Of a stretch of DNA of 55,890 nt, positions 1 through 9,678 are shown one piece after another; position 1 is the first letter of the stretch; each line of letters begins with the position of its first letter. Origin of the DNA: an uncultured Anaeroplasmataceae bacterium (GTDB lineage: Bacteria; Bacillota_I; Bacilli_A; Acholeplasmatales; Anaeroplasmataceae); contig CAPSSR010000002.1 in the NCBI GenBank assembly GCA_948701955.1, positions 1 to 55,890 on the forward strand, given 5' to 3'. A model generated the notes under the pieces. That model searched no databases. It was given only the letters and a program-made list of their open reading frames with translations, and was not told the origin of the DNA. The translations under genes and the position numbers were made by a program.

Positions 1-151
1 GGTATATGCTTCTATATAATAAGATATAGTCCGACAAATTGGGAAACTTTTAATACTTCTATTTTCTTTTTTATAATTATTGATTAATTCATATTTTGGA
101 CGAAAATCTAAATTCCGTTCCATAACGTATCCACATTTTCTGCATTCCATA
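1..151 (-). CDS. hypothetical CxxC zinc-finger protein, 5' part only (runs off left edge)
   Basis: ATG at 151-149 on minus strand; translation MECRKCGYVMERNLDFRPKYELINNYKK... remains open to position 1. Confidence 0.3.
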
Positions 152-230
152 AATTTTCTCCGTTAATTTGGCTTGTTATAGTATTTGTGGTAAAATAAAC
201 GTCGGTTATAAAAGGGAAGGAATTGTAAAA

Positions 231-446
231 ATGAAAAAATGTCTACAGTGTAACGTTGAAATGAAAAGAATAAATCGTAAAATTAATTTACTACATGGTG
301 GATTAATTCCAAATATAGAATATGGAATGATGTATGTAAATGATGACAGAGATTTAGAAATCAATTATTTTGTATGCCCTGAATGTGGACTAGTGCAACA
401 ATATTTATTGGAAGATAAAATGAAATATCTGGAAGATTTACACTAA
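231..446 (+). CDS. small zinc-ribbon protein (CLQC...CPEC)
   Basis: ORF 168-446; internal ATG at 231 follows RBS aagggaagg; two CxxC pairs. Confidence 0.4.
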   Translation: MKKCLQCNVEMKRINRKINLLHGGLIPNIEYGMMYVNDDRDLEINYFVCPECGLVQQYLLEDKMKYLEDLH

Positions 447-477
447 TTAGTAAACTACACAATAAATATTATTCTTT

Positions 478-1953
478 TCATACCCTGTTGTCAGGATTAT
501 TACTATCGTTATCACGAGTTTTTTGAGTTATATCACTAATTTCTGTTTCATCTTTCATTGGAGCGCCACTTTCTGATCCACCGTTGGTAGTAGTGTATGA
601 GGTCTTTAATACCTCCCACTTATCATAGATATCTTCCTTAAATATCTGTTCAGTAAATGAATTACCAAGCATCTTTGCAGTATTTACGCCTATAGCACTT
701 AAAAGTTCTTCTTTAATTGGTAATGAAGCCTGTGCTAATTTTAATCTCCTATCAACATAATCATCTACATCAAAAATTGTAGTTGGTAGAATACGATATA
801 CAAACTGATAGTCATTATAGATATGTCCTCGAAGTTTCATTTGTAAATCTACCCATGCTTCAATTTGACGATATATTCTATATATATCAGAAGAATCAAC
901 TTTCATAGAAAGTTTTAATTCGGAGCCACTAGATGCGGAAGATATAAGTGCTTTTGAAACTCCAGCTTCTCCATAGTAATTATCCACTGCCTGTTCAACT
1001 TTATTTTTGTCATCAGATATTGTTGACTTTGATTCTATAAGTTGTAAATCCATAGGAGATGGTATTACCCCGAATCTCTCAGGAAGAATCGCGCAAGCCA
1101 TTTCTACAAATTTACTTATCAATTCATCACCCATAGATATTTGATCATCGTCATTCGTTGGAATCTTAAAATATATCAGTTTGTAAGCATCTGCTTCTGA
1201 TTTTGCTTTTACCAAATCCTTGATATCATCTATATTTAACAGTTCGGAAATTAACGAAAAGAAGCAAGGATACAAATATGTAAAATCATCATTGTATTTA
1301 ATACAGAAAGAATTTTCATATGGTATCATTACTCGATTATCAAGAGATACTTCTTTTGACCGTTCTATAAGCATCTGTAATTCTTCTGGAAGAGTCTTAA
1401 AAACATTTGCATCTATCAATGAGCGATTTACAGAAAATTGATAAATTGATCCGTTGGTCAACTTTTCAATTTTACAAAAATCTGGCTCCAATAGAAAAAT
1501 GGAAGTATCTATATCATTTTCAGTGACAAAACCAAAACAAGCATCATCAATAAATAACCTTTTAAATATATCTGTAACACGATTATCAAGTTTGAATTTA
1601 TTCACCTGCGCCGTGTAATTGATATAGTTTTTCCTAAACGTTTTTGGATTTGTAGTAAACATTTTGTCTTGCTTAATTTCTGTGTCTATTGTCCAGTTAA
1701 GAATGGCACTATTTGCAAAATAGTCTATAAGTCTCTTATAATATCCGCTCTTAAGATACATATATCTTGATAAACGAATTATGTGATTTGGATATCGCTC
1801 TGGATATTGTGTCATACTAATAATTTGATTTCTTGTAAAACCAAAAATGCGGTTGTATTTGAAAGCACCTTTATATGCTAACTCTGATAACGCCAATCGT
1901 TTCAAACTTGCAAAGTTGAAAGTCGGTGATTTCCCATTTAGAAAATTTTCCAC
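478..1953 (-). CDS. probable portal protein
   Basis: 491 aa; immediately downstream of terminase large subunit on same strand; size and acidic C-terminus typical of portals; no motif proof. Confidence 0.5.
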   Translation of the reverse strand: MENFLNGKSPTFNFASLKRLALSELAYKGAFKYNRIFGFTRNQIISMTQYPERYPNHIIRLSRYMYLKSGYYKRLIDYFANSAILNWTIDTEIKQDKMFTTNPKTFRKNYINYTAQVNKFKLDNRVTDIFKRLFIDDACFGFVTENDIDTSIFLLEPDFCKIEKLTNGSIYQFSVNRSLIDANVFKTLPEELQMLIERSKEVSLDNRVMIPYENSFCIKYNDDFTYLYPCFFSLISELLNIDDIKDLVKAKSEADAYKLIYFKIPTNDDDQISMGDELISKFVEMACAILPERFGVIPSPMDLQLIESKSTISDDKNKVEQAVDNYYGEAGVSKALISSASSGSELKLSMKVDSSDIYRIYRQIEAWVDLQMKLRGHIYNDYQFVYRILPTTIFDVDDYVDRRLKLAQASLPIKEELLSAIGVNTAKMLGNSFTEQIFKEDIYDKWEVLKTSYTTTNGGSESGAPMKDETEISDITQKTRDNDSNNPDNRV

Positions 1954-2033
1954 GTTCTTTTTATCTTCTTGAAACTGTTCTTTTATTGCTCCATTGTTAT
2001 TTGTATTTTCTTTGATGTTTAATCACCACCTTT

Positions 2034-3809
2034 CTAATGAGAATATAATTTGGGTTTTCGTGCAAGAGCAGTGAGAGAGGAGACATTAGTTTTCGTCTGC
2101 TTTTTATATATTTTGTTTTTGTTCTCATTCTCCATTTCACAACAGATACTTAGTCCATACATAAGACTCGTTGCTCTATCTCTCTTTGTGGATTTTACTA
2201 TTCTTGTGTATGTCATTTTTTCTGCATTTGTAAAATCCTGTTTAATATTACTTAATTCACTTTGTAAAATATCATGCTGTATATATTGCTCATATTCATC
2301 CAATGTAAGTTGCCCTTGTTTATGTAATGTATCCACTTCTTCTGATTGCTTTAATAGCTCCAAAGTATGATTTTCAAAACATGCTTTCATGTATGGATAA
2401 TACAAATTTACAAAGTTGTTCATACCATGAATAGCACGAATAATAGGTAATGCACCTTCTATAGTCTTAATTCCTATTTCGTCATCGTCTTGTATTAAAG
2501 GAGGATATTCTGTTACTTTTCCAGTACGTTCATCCCTATATTCCCATGACTCATAGAACAAACTCGGTAAACCGGCACCTGCACCTTGAGCATCGACTAA
2601 TATTCGCTCTGTATTAGGAAATTTTAAATGTAATAGTTCTCTTAGCATATCTCTTTGTTTATTGAGTGGCATACCATTAACAACTTTAGTAAATACGATT
2701 TGCTTTAAATATGTTCCATCTGGTCGTGGCTTGAGCTTAATTACATGTGTACATGCGTTATCAGATCCTTTTGCATCAGAAACAGCAACGTCATGAGTAA
2801 TAATATAAATTGAATTAGACTTTTTAGGTTGTTCTAATTCTGGTCTTTCAAGCACACGACATTCATTTGTCAATTCGTAAGGGAAATAGCTTTCTCCGCT
2901 GGAACCAACAAATATTCCTTCATATTCATAAGCAAATTTGTCTTTAGTCATAGATGGCTTTGATAATTCTTGCTCTATATCGTCTTCGCCAAATAATCCA
3001 GCTTGAATACCTACTTGATAAGGAAAACACATAGCAATATAGTTTTTATTACCATCCACCATTTGTTCATAGTGATATTTAAATCTTTTATATAGTGAAC
3101 TCGTTTTTAGATAGGCAGAAGAAATAAAGATAACTTTGCCTTTTTCGTTTTGCTTCCACTTCAAAGCGTTAGGACGCTTTGTTTTTGTCATAGGAATTAA
3201 AATGGTTTCAATAATGTCATCTTTTACAAGCCGCGCTTCATCAATCAGGAGGTAATGGAACCTCCAGCTTCTCGCACTTTCACCACCACGATCCTGTGCC
3301 AAAGTTATTGCCCTAATCTCAGAACCACCTTTAAATTCCGCATAGCAATCATCAGCACCAGTTCTTATAGGAAAATTTATTTCTCTTGCAATAGCTTCAT
3401 TTTTAGAAAGCTCACCTTTTAATTTCTGAATGATTACGTTACGACTCTGCTGTGACATGCCAGATGCGATACCACACTTCAGCCCCGGATAGAGAATAGA
3501 AACACATACATAGAATAGACATACAATCCATGATTTGCCAATACCACGACAAGCAATTAGACAACTAAATTGACCTCTTCCCATAGCACGTAGTATTACT
3601 CTCTGAAATGGAAAAAGATCTACATGGAGTATGTCAATTACAAACTCATCAATATAATATCTGTAATATGAAAAAAAATCAGTCCATGCTTCATAGTCGA
3701 TAGAAGATTCATTAATTGGGTCATTGGAATATGTGGAGTCAAAATCTTCTGCGTGTTTTTTGTCGTATAATTGTTTTTCCTTTTCCTGCTGTTTTTCGTA
3801 TTTATCCAT
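2034..3809 (-). CDS. terL: terminase large subunit
   Basis: 591 aa; Walker A-like CLIACRGIGKSW, Walker B-like HYLLIDEARLV, C-terminal nuclease-like acidic segments (ITHDVAVSD). Confidence 0.8.
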   Translation of the reverse strand: MDKYEKQQEKEKQLYDKKHAEDFDSTYSNDPINESSIDYEAWTDFFSYYRYYIDEFVIDILHVDLFPFQRVILRAMGRGQFSCLIACRGIGKSWIVCLFYVCVSILYPGLKCGIASGMSQQSRNVIIQKLKGELSKNEAIAREINFPIRTGADDCYAEFKGGSEIRAITLAQDRGGESARSWRFHYLLIDEARLVKDDIIETILIPMTKTKRPNALKWKQNEKGKVIFISSAYLKTSSLYKRFKYHYEQMVDGNKNYIAMCFPYQVGIQAGLFGEDDIEQELSKPSMTKDKFAYEYEGIFVGSSGESYFPYELTNECRVLERPELEQPKKSNSIYIITHDVAVSDAKGSDNACTHVIKLKPRPDGTYLKQIVFTKVVNGMPLNKQRDMLRELLHLKFPNTERILVDAQGAGAGLPSLFYESWEYRDERTGKVTEYPPLIQDDDEIGIKTIEGALPIIRAIHGMNNFVNLYYPYMKACFENHTLELLKQSEEVDTLHKQGQLTLDEYEQYIQHDILQSELSNIKQDFTNAEKMTYTRIVKSTKRDRATSLMYGLSICCEMENENKNKIYKKQTKTNVSSLTALARKPKLYSH

Positions 3810-3819
3810 TTACACACCA

Positions 3820-4767
3820 TTACAATGATTTTGTGATAGTGCTTAAATAGTCTATCATTTCATCAATCGTATCTTTCTTTAATGGTTTGTGTTCTGGAAT
3901 CCAGTTATGAGCTTCTACCATAGCAGCAACTTTTGAAAAACTACTTATACCAACATCATTTACACTTCTGGTACTTTCGCTGAATTTTGCAGACTTTGAA
4001 AGAGTATCAAACGCTTCCCTTGCATTTTTATACCTTGCATCAGCACCATCAATCCCGTTTATCATTCCATCAAATGCTTTATCCATTTGAAGACTTGCTT
4101 TAGCGATTTTACGAGCATAATCACGGTGGTTTTCTGTGATTATCTTATAGTCTCGTTCAAGTCCGGTATAATAATTATTTAAGTAATCAATATCTTTTTG
4201 ACTATACTTACCCATCCATTTATCATCATAAATAAGTTCTTCTTGTTCAATGGTGTTATTTGTAACAGATACAGCTGTATTTTGCTTTTTATCTCTTATA
4301 TCAGAATATCTTTGTATTGTTTGCTCTTTCCTATTTTGTGTATTGGTATTCACAGTTTTATGAGAAAAACCATCTTTTTCAGAATCTACAAAACTTTTAT
4401 TTCTATTTTGTCTCAATGTATTGATATTCTTAAAATAGAAACCAATAATTTCATTTCCATATTTAGCGATTTCATCATCAGATAAATAGCCATGTTCCTT
4501 TTTGCATTGTAAAAATGCAGAATCTAATTCATCTGTATAATATGGCTTGTCCAATCTCTGACACATTGTTTTTAATTTATTTTCATTAACAGTGCCATCT
4601 TTATTTATAACTTCCTTTTTCACACATGAAATACATATTGGTACACACCCATCTAATGAAAATAAAGGACTAGATGATTTATAAAAACCAGTGGCAATAG
4701 ACTTATTATCGCCACAAATAGGACATTTTTTCTTTCTTATTTCTTTTTTTGTAGCTATGAATGCCAC
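3820..4767 (-). CDS. candidate terminase small subunit / zinc-ribbon DNA-binding protein
   Basis: 315 aa directly upstream of terL (10-bp gap); N-terminal CPICGD...CISC zinc ribbon; assignment by position only. Confidence 0.35.
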   Translation of the reverse strand: MAFIATKKEIRKKKCPICGDNKSIATGFYKSSSPLFSLDGCVPICISCVKKEVINKDGTVNENKLKTMCQRLDKPYYTDELDSAFLQCKKEHGYLSDDEIAKYGNEIIGFYFKNINTLRQNRNKSFVDSEKDGFSHKTVNTNTQNRKEQTIQRYSDIRDKKQNTAVSVTNNTIEQEELIYDDKWMGKYSQKDIDYLNNYYTGLERDYKIITENHRDYARKIAKASLQMDKAFDGMINGIDGADARYKNAREAFDTLSKSAKFSESTRSVNDVGISSFSKVAAMVEAHNWIPEHKPLKKDTIDEMIDYLSTITKSL

Positions 4768-4868
4768 CGCCTTTCAAATGAATTAGGCACTAACTTCCGA
4801 AGAAGCAGTACTTTTAAAATAATCTTTATAAAATTTCTAAATAAGTTATACTTTATCTTTAAATTCAA

Positions 4869-5168
4869 TTGTTAAGTTCCATTTTTTATAGTACAATAAT
4901 AAAAGCATCCAATAAGGAGAGACCGAAAATGTATAACATAAAGCCAGAAAAAATATTATCAGGAATTATTAAATGTACTAACTGTAACTCTGAAATTAAA
5001 TGGCATTATATAATACGCTCAAAGGAATTTGGAATGTACATTGGTAGTTATCCAAGTGACTCAATATCTGCTTCTAAAATAGATAAAAATAAGGGTGATA
5101 ATAAATACTGTGTTAGATGTCAAAGTTGTGATAAAATTAACTATTTTGAATATGTAGAAGATATCTAA
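4869..5168 (+). CDS. hypothetical zinc-ribbon protein
   Basis: 99 aa with CTNCNSE...CVRCQSCD; RBS aaggagag upstream. Confidence 0.4.
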   Translation: MLSSIFYSTIIKASNKERPKMYNIKPEKILSGIIKCTNCNSEIKWHYIIRSKEFGMYIGSYPSDSISASKIDKNKGDNKYCVRCQSCDKINYFEYVEDI

Positions 5169-5359
5169 TCTTCCCACAATGTTATTTCGGTATAATATCC
5201 TTTTTTGCCGTTAGTTAGTTCTTCATGCTGATTGACTTTAACGTATTTATCCCAATCTTTTAATATCATTTTTCGTACAGAATCAGTAATTAGAGTTCTG
5301 AAATCACTTGATTTTATGTCTATAGGTTTATTGTCATATATACTAAAATGTAAAATCAT
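5165..5359 (-). CDS. hypothetical protein
   Basis: 64-aa ORF, convergent with previous gene. Confidence 0.3.
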   Translation of the reverse strand: MILHFSIYDNKPIDIKSSDFRTLITDSVRKMILKDWDKYVKVNQHEELTNGKKGYYTEITLWED

Positions 5360-5418
5360 ATATACCTCATTTAATTGTCATTTTCAGTTAAAAAGACAGC
5401 CATAATGGCTATTCCAAA

Positions 5419-5491
5419 CTGGCTAGATAGGACTCGAACCTACATCCTTCTGATTAACAGTCAGACGCTTTACCAATTAAGCTACTAGCCA
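5419..5491 (-). tRNA. tRNA-Asn (anticodon GTT)
   Basis: Cloverleaf folded by hand: 7-bp acceptor TGGCTAG/CTAGCCA, D-stem GCTT/AAGC, anticodon stem TCTGA/TCAGA with loop CTGTTAA, T-arm GTAGG-TTCGAGT-CCTAT. Confidence 0.8.
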
Positions 5492-5579
5492 ATACCAAAA
5501 TTATATGTTATAATACCGTAGTACAGATGAGGAGAAACAATTATGCTAGACTCAGAGAATGCTATGAGGAGATGAAATT

Positions 5580-6566
5580 ATGCCAAAAGACTTCTGGATT
5601 AAATGCGCAAAGAGATTCTTATCATTTTCAATTCCGTCTTTGATAGCAGTAATAACTGTATTTTCATATTTTAGCCCACAATTTGAAAGCTCATTAAAAA
5701 ATTTTGGCGTTTTTGGTGCAATAATAATATGTTTGTTATGTTTTTGCCTTACTCTTTTATATGGAATATTTGAAATGGAAAAAATAATTTATTTTGTAGG
5801 GAGCGAATACTCACAAGACCCCAACTTTGATACAAGAATTATTTATAAATCTTTTAGAGTGTATCAAGATAAAGAAAAAAAGCAAGAGAATCATATCAAT
5901 ACTACAGCAAAGAATAGTACATATAACGCTACAATCGTTTCTTTTTCAAATAAGTGTTTAGGAACCAAAGAGATATTCGAAGATGCATTACAAGAAATAT
6001 CTTTTATTGCAATGGCTTCTGCTTATACGAATATGTCAATTTTTTTTCAAACATCAGTAATAGTAGATGTGCCTCAATCATTGACTGATGCAAATATTTT
6101 AGAGGTAAGAAAAAACATAAACAAATTACAAAAGTATAATGTTATGGTCAATTTTTATGGAATAGTAAAAGGAAGCATACTGCTATGTTTTTCTCAAGTA
6201 GTTGAAGATTATTTTAAAAATATAATTGAGAATAAGTATCCAAAGTATATTAGCCAGTTTAGTATGCTTATGGAATCATTTTTGTATGAATTAGGTAGTA
6301 TTTTTACTGGAACATGTTTATCAAGCTTTCACCGTTTGGATGATCAATTACGTCCACTTAGCTGGGATGAAGAAAACTATAAGGTACTGAATATTAACAT
6401 TATAACTAATGTTAATATAAATTACTTAAAAGTACATAATAACACGGAAAATTTATATGTAATTAAAATGAATGGTGATGTGTATGAGGGTAATTTATTT
6501 ACTTCTTATATCATTTTTGGAAAAGAAGATGCTGAAAGATTAGTGGGAAATTGCCAAATACAATAA
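5580..6566 (+). CDS. hypothetical membrane protein
   Basis: 328 aa; two or more hydrophobic helices near N-terminus. Confidence 0.5.
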   Translation: MPKDFWIKCAKRFLSFSIPSLIAVITVFSYFSPQFESSLKNFGVFGAIIICLLCFCLTLLYGIFEMEKIIYFVGSEYSQDPNFDTRIIYKSFRVYQDKEKKQENHINTTAKNSTYNATIVSFSNKCLGTKEIFEDALQEISFIAMASAYTNMSIFFQTSVIVDVPQSLTDANILEVRKNINKLQKYNVMVNFYGIVKGSILLCFSQVVEDYFKNIIENKYPKYISQFSMLMESFLYELGSIFTGTCLSSFHRLDDQLRPLSWDEENYKVLNINIITNVNINYLKVHNNTENLYVIKMNGDVYEGNLFTSYIIFGKEDAERLVGNCQIQ

Positions 6567-6612
6567 CATGGCTTATTATACTAATAAAACAATTCTTCTA
6601 AGTAGTGATAGC

Positions 6613-6645
6613 GGAGCAGTGGTTAAACTGCTCCTTACTATTTTA
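6613..6645 (+). terminator. intrinsic terminator-like hairpin after membrane protein gene
   Basis: GGAGCAG-tggttaaa-CTGCTCC followed by ttactatttt. Confidence 0.45.
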
Positions 6646-6730
6646 CTCAGTACATAATTTATTCTGTTTAGATAACATCTTTCTGATATATTCCAGTCCT
6701 TTCCGTGTAGCATATGTAGCTGGTCTATAA

Positions 6731-7501
6731 TTACACAACTCTACAAGTCTTTTCTAAAATATATTCAATATATCGCTTGTAGCATCCATATTGAATAATA
6801 TCAATAATCTTTTTGGGATTATAGTACATCATCATGTTTACATATTCATTTTCTATAACTAAAGAAGAATGCTTATATTTGCATTTATCCATTATTTGAT
6901 ACATAACAATAAGCCTAAACAGATCATCTGGTACTTCTTCGTTTATATAATTTAGAGGAATGCATCTATTATCTTCTTCTATGTCTAATCTTATTCCATC
7001 AACATTAAATGAATCAATAAAATATGTATTAATTATTTCTTTTTCTGAGATATCAAACCATTCTCCATATTTTCTATACTGTTCATATTTTTTGTGCAAA
7101 GCTGATTCATAATCTTTCATACAAGATGATGTCATATATATTATTCCAATAAATCTCAAGTTATGTTCAATGCCTGTAGCAGTTTTAAGAGTGGAAGATA
7201 TAGAAGATAATCTATCATGTGGGTTAGTTGTCATTCCAATTTTAATTAGTCCAGTCGTATCATTTTTTATGAAGTAAACATATTCAGTATGATTGTTTTT
7301 ATCTTCAAGATACATCCTATAGAATAAATCTTTATCCACAAAATCCATAATATTTTTAAATAAATTATATTGTTTTCTTTTTTCTTCGGTGAATTCTTGA
7401 ATAAGATCATAAAGTTCAGGTTGGTTTAATTTAATCTTTTCAATATTTAATTTGGATAATTCTTTTTTAGGAGTAATTCCTAAGATTTCGTACAGTGTCA
7501 T
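6731..7501 (-). CDS. T5orf172 / GIY-YIG-like domain protein
   Basis: 256 aa; YVYFIKNDTTGLIKIGMTTNPHDRL ... LHKKYEQYRKYGEWF matches the T5orf172 (GIY-YIG-related) pattern. Confidence 0.6.
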   Translation of the reverse strand: MTLYEILGITPKKELSKLNIEKIKLNQPELYDLIQEFTEEKRKQYNLFKNIMDFVDKDLFYRMYLEDKNNHTEYVYFIKNDTTGLIKIGMTTNPHDRLSSISSTLKTATGIEHNLRFIGIIYMTSSCMKDYESALHKKYEQYRKYGEWFDISEKEIINTYFIDSFNVDGIRLDIEEDNRCIPLNYINEEVPDDLFRLIVMYQIMDKCKYKHSSLVIENEYVNMMMYYNPKKIIDIIQYGCYKRYIEYILEKTCRVV

Positions 7502-7806
7502 ATCGTCACGCCTTTCCCACGCATTCGATTTTTAAGAGAGGTCAGTAGAGCGTGGACTACCATTCACAAAGTTTGCAATTCTTTGTTATCCTCTCTGATT
7601 CAGTTACCAACTAATGAAGTTGACGATTCTTTCGTAACTGATAACGTTTATGATCGTTATCTGATGTGGAACAGTTGCGGCAACAACTATTCCTGAAAGA
7701 AAAAATCATATGATAAATGAAAACTTCTTTAGGGATGTAACTATCCCACATCAAACAACGATGTCTAATTACTTATTCTCTTTTTATTTCTTTAGACAAC
7801 ACAAAA

Positions 7807-7838
7807 AGAGTCGTCAAAACTGGCGACTCTATCTTTTC
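7807..7838. terminator. bidirectional intrinsic terminator-like hairpin
   Basis: AGAGTCG-loop-CGACTCT with T-runs on both strands. Confidence 0.4.
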
Positions 7839-7975
7839 TGATTGATTGGTTGTATACCTTCTTTCCTGGAATTGTGCGTCTGATTTTGATTTTCAGGCGT
7901 AACCTTTTGAGTTATACTATTGAATTTATCATGATTCTTTTGTTCCTGAACTTGTTGTTGAGTTTTCTTGTCCAT
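7829..7975 (-). CDS. possible 48-aa Q/N-rich small protein
   Basis: ATG preceded by aggtga RBS; stop codon sits inside a terminator hairpin. Confidence 0.25.
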   Translation of the reverse strand: MDKKTQQQVQEQKNHDKFNSITQKVTPENQNQTHNSRKEGIQPINQKR

Positions 7976-8040
7976 ACTTTCACCTCGAGAATAGTATTGA
8001 CGATTTACGCTAAATTATTCTATATATAGATAATTATGAA

Positions 8041-8113
8041 TATGCCTATTGGGATTCGACCCCAAGACATTACGATTAAAAGTCGTATGCTCTACCAATT
8101 GAGCTATAGGCAT
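8041..8113 (-). tRNA. tRNA-Lys (anticodon TTT)
   Basis: Perfect 7-bp acceptor ATGCCTA/TAGGCAT, D-stem GCTC/GAGC, anticodon stem TACGA/TCGTA with loop CTTTTAA, T-arm TTGGG-GTCGAAT-CCCAA. Confidence 0.85.
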
Positions 8114-8133
8114 ATATGGGGGCCCCATGTTTT

Positions 8134-9156
8134 TTATTCAGCAAACAAAGCATTGATTTCTGCTTCAGTAATGGCCACAAAACCATCACCGACTTTGCCT
8201 TCGATTGCAGTTACCCGAGTGTCCATTGCAGAATCAAGCCCATCAGCATAACTCTTTGCATTAGCTTCAGCTGCAGTAGCAGAACCGGCAGCATCAAATG
8301 CATTCTTTACATCCAAAGCAAGCTTTGCAAGCGTCACATTAGCATCAGCGATTTTTGTTGTAATAACAGCATTATCAGCAAGTTCTGTAGTGCCTACACT
8401 GCCAGCAACGATGGTAGCACTGATTTCCCTGGTAGAAGAGTCGATTGCAAGCTGAATTTGAGTCGCATTCTTCTTTACGGTATAAATATCAACCAGCTTG
8501 CCAACATTGATTAGAAGAGGGGTTTCCTGATTTGCGATTACCAGCTTAATATATGTACCAGGAGACTCTCCCTCTGGATCAGTAACTACAGAACCTTCAG
8601 TGACTACCATATCTTTCGGGATGTCAATCACCCCTAGTGTTGTGCCGCCTTGCTTGATAGTATAAGACTTGAACGCTCCACTGGTAGTAGGCGCAGTCTC
8701 AATAGTAACAGCACTTGCCTCGTTTCCAGCAGAAACAGCATCTTTCACTTCATTGATTGCTTCTACAACGTTCGTCTTTACAGTGGTATCTAATTTGGTT
8801 ACATCACCAACTTTAGTATCAACAGTTTTAACCTCAGCTTTTGTTGCAAAATCAGCAATAGCAATACCAGAGTCTACAACAATGCCACCTTCGCCAATGG
8901 TAACTACATTATCTTTTACGCCACCAGAAAGCTTTTCAAGTAATCCGGAAAGATCTTGTTTTTCTGGGAGAGTAATAGAAAAATCAGCTACATCAACAGA
9001 AGTGGCTGCATCCTTTTTATAAAAATTAATCTTTCGATTCGGTTCATCATAAATCACAGTCTTTAAGGATTTTGCATCTCCATCAGAGATTTTGCCTTCA
9101 ATCAATCCTTTGAATACTTGAAGACCAGCAAGATCTACATATTTTGTTGCGGCCAT
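8134..9156 (-). CDS. tail fibre / appendage protein
   Basis: 340 aa, Ala/Thr/Val-rich; segment GSVGTTELADNAVITTKIADANVTLAKLA typical of phage fibre N-terminal repeats; C-terminus ITEAEINALFAE. Confidence 0.5.
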   Translation of the reverse strand: MAATKYVDLAGLQVFKGLIEGKISDGDAKSLKTVIYDEPNRKINFYKKDAATSVDVADFSITLPEKQDLSGLLEKLSGGVKDNVVTIGEGGIVVDSGIAIADFATKAEVKTVDTKVGDVTKLDTTVKTNVVEAINEVKDAVSAGNEASAVTIETAPTTSGAFKSYTIKQGGTTLGVIDIPKDMVVTEGSVVTDPEGESPGTYIKLVIANQETPLLINVGKLVDIYTVKKNATQIQLAIDSSTREISATIVAGSVGTTELADNAVITTKIADANVTLAKLALDVKNAFDAAGSATAAEANAKSYADGLDSAMDTRVTAIEGKVGDGFVAITEAEINALFAE

Positions 9157-9168
9157 TTATTTACCTCA

Positions 9169-9672
9169 CTATTCATTAAAAAGATTCTCTATTTCTTCAT
9201 TTGTTGCGGCTATGAATTTTTCTTCTATTTTTTGGACTATCAAATTATCAAGTGCTAACGTTTGTACAAATTTTTCATCGCTTTCGCTTTTTGTATAATA
9301 ATTCTCAAGATTTATCTTACTTTCATCGATTGTGATTGTTCCAGCAATCAAGATTTCTCCATTTGATAATGTAAATGAAAGAACGCCTTTATCATCAATC
9401 TTAGCAGATATGACAGAAACACCTTTTTCTCCATTCATGACTTCGAGATATGAATTTTGAGGTGTCCCATCATCAAGAGTATAGGTAAATGTGACTCTAT
9501 TTCCACCGATAATAGGTTCTATCTTTGAAACTTGTACATTCTTTCCATGATTGTTTTTTATATCTGAAAGTTTATTGGATACCCATTTTTTAATATTCTC
9601 ATCATAATATTGCAAAATAGGTAATTTAATCAGTTTATCTTCAGGAGAAGACATCCTATTACCTCCTCGCAA
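9169..9672 (-). CDS. structural protein, fibre-associated
   Basis: 167 aa; C-terminus ATNEEIENLFNE shares a motif with neighbouring fibre proteins. Confidence 0.4.
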   Translation of the reverse strand: MRGGNRMSSPEDKLIKLPILQYYDENIKKWVSNKLSDIKNNHGKNVQVSKIEPIIGGNRVTFTYTLDDGTPQNSYLEVMNGEKGVSVISAKIDDKGVLSFTLSNGEILIAGTITIDESKINLENYYTKSESDEKFVQTLALDNLIVQKIEEKFIAATNEEIENLFNE

Positions 9673-9678
9673 AATTTA

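Noticed and set aside
6590-6650. GCGGAGCAGTGGTTAAACTGCTCC resembling a tRNA D-arm fragment
   Set aside because: Only a single hairpin followed by a T-rich run; better explained as the terminator of the 5580-6566 gene.
8116-9022. Plus-strand ORFs 8116-8514 and 8669-9022, and similar antisense ORFs (1220-1441, 2050-2370, 4198-4485, 10055-10808, 11944-14151, 15082-16418, 19539-19886, 20064-20297, 22802-23127, 25887-26126, 26375-26990, 29930-30163, 35178-35459, 36409-37156, 39242-39666, 42891-44269, 48041-48489, 49547-49859, 51381-51814, 52366-53110, 55140-55343)
   Set aside because: Each is embedded in, and antisense to or out of frame with, a longer and better-supported CDS. Low-complexity translations and no RBS.
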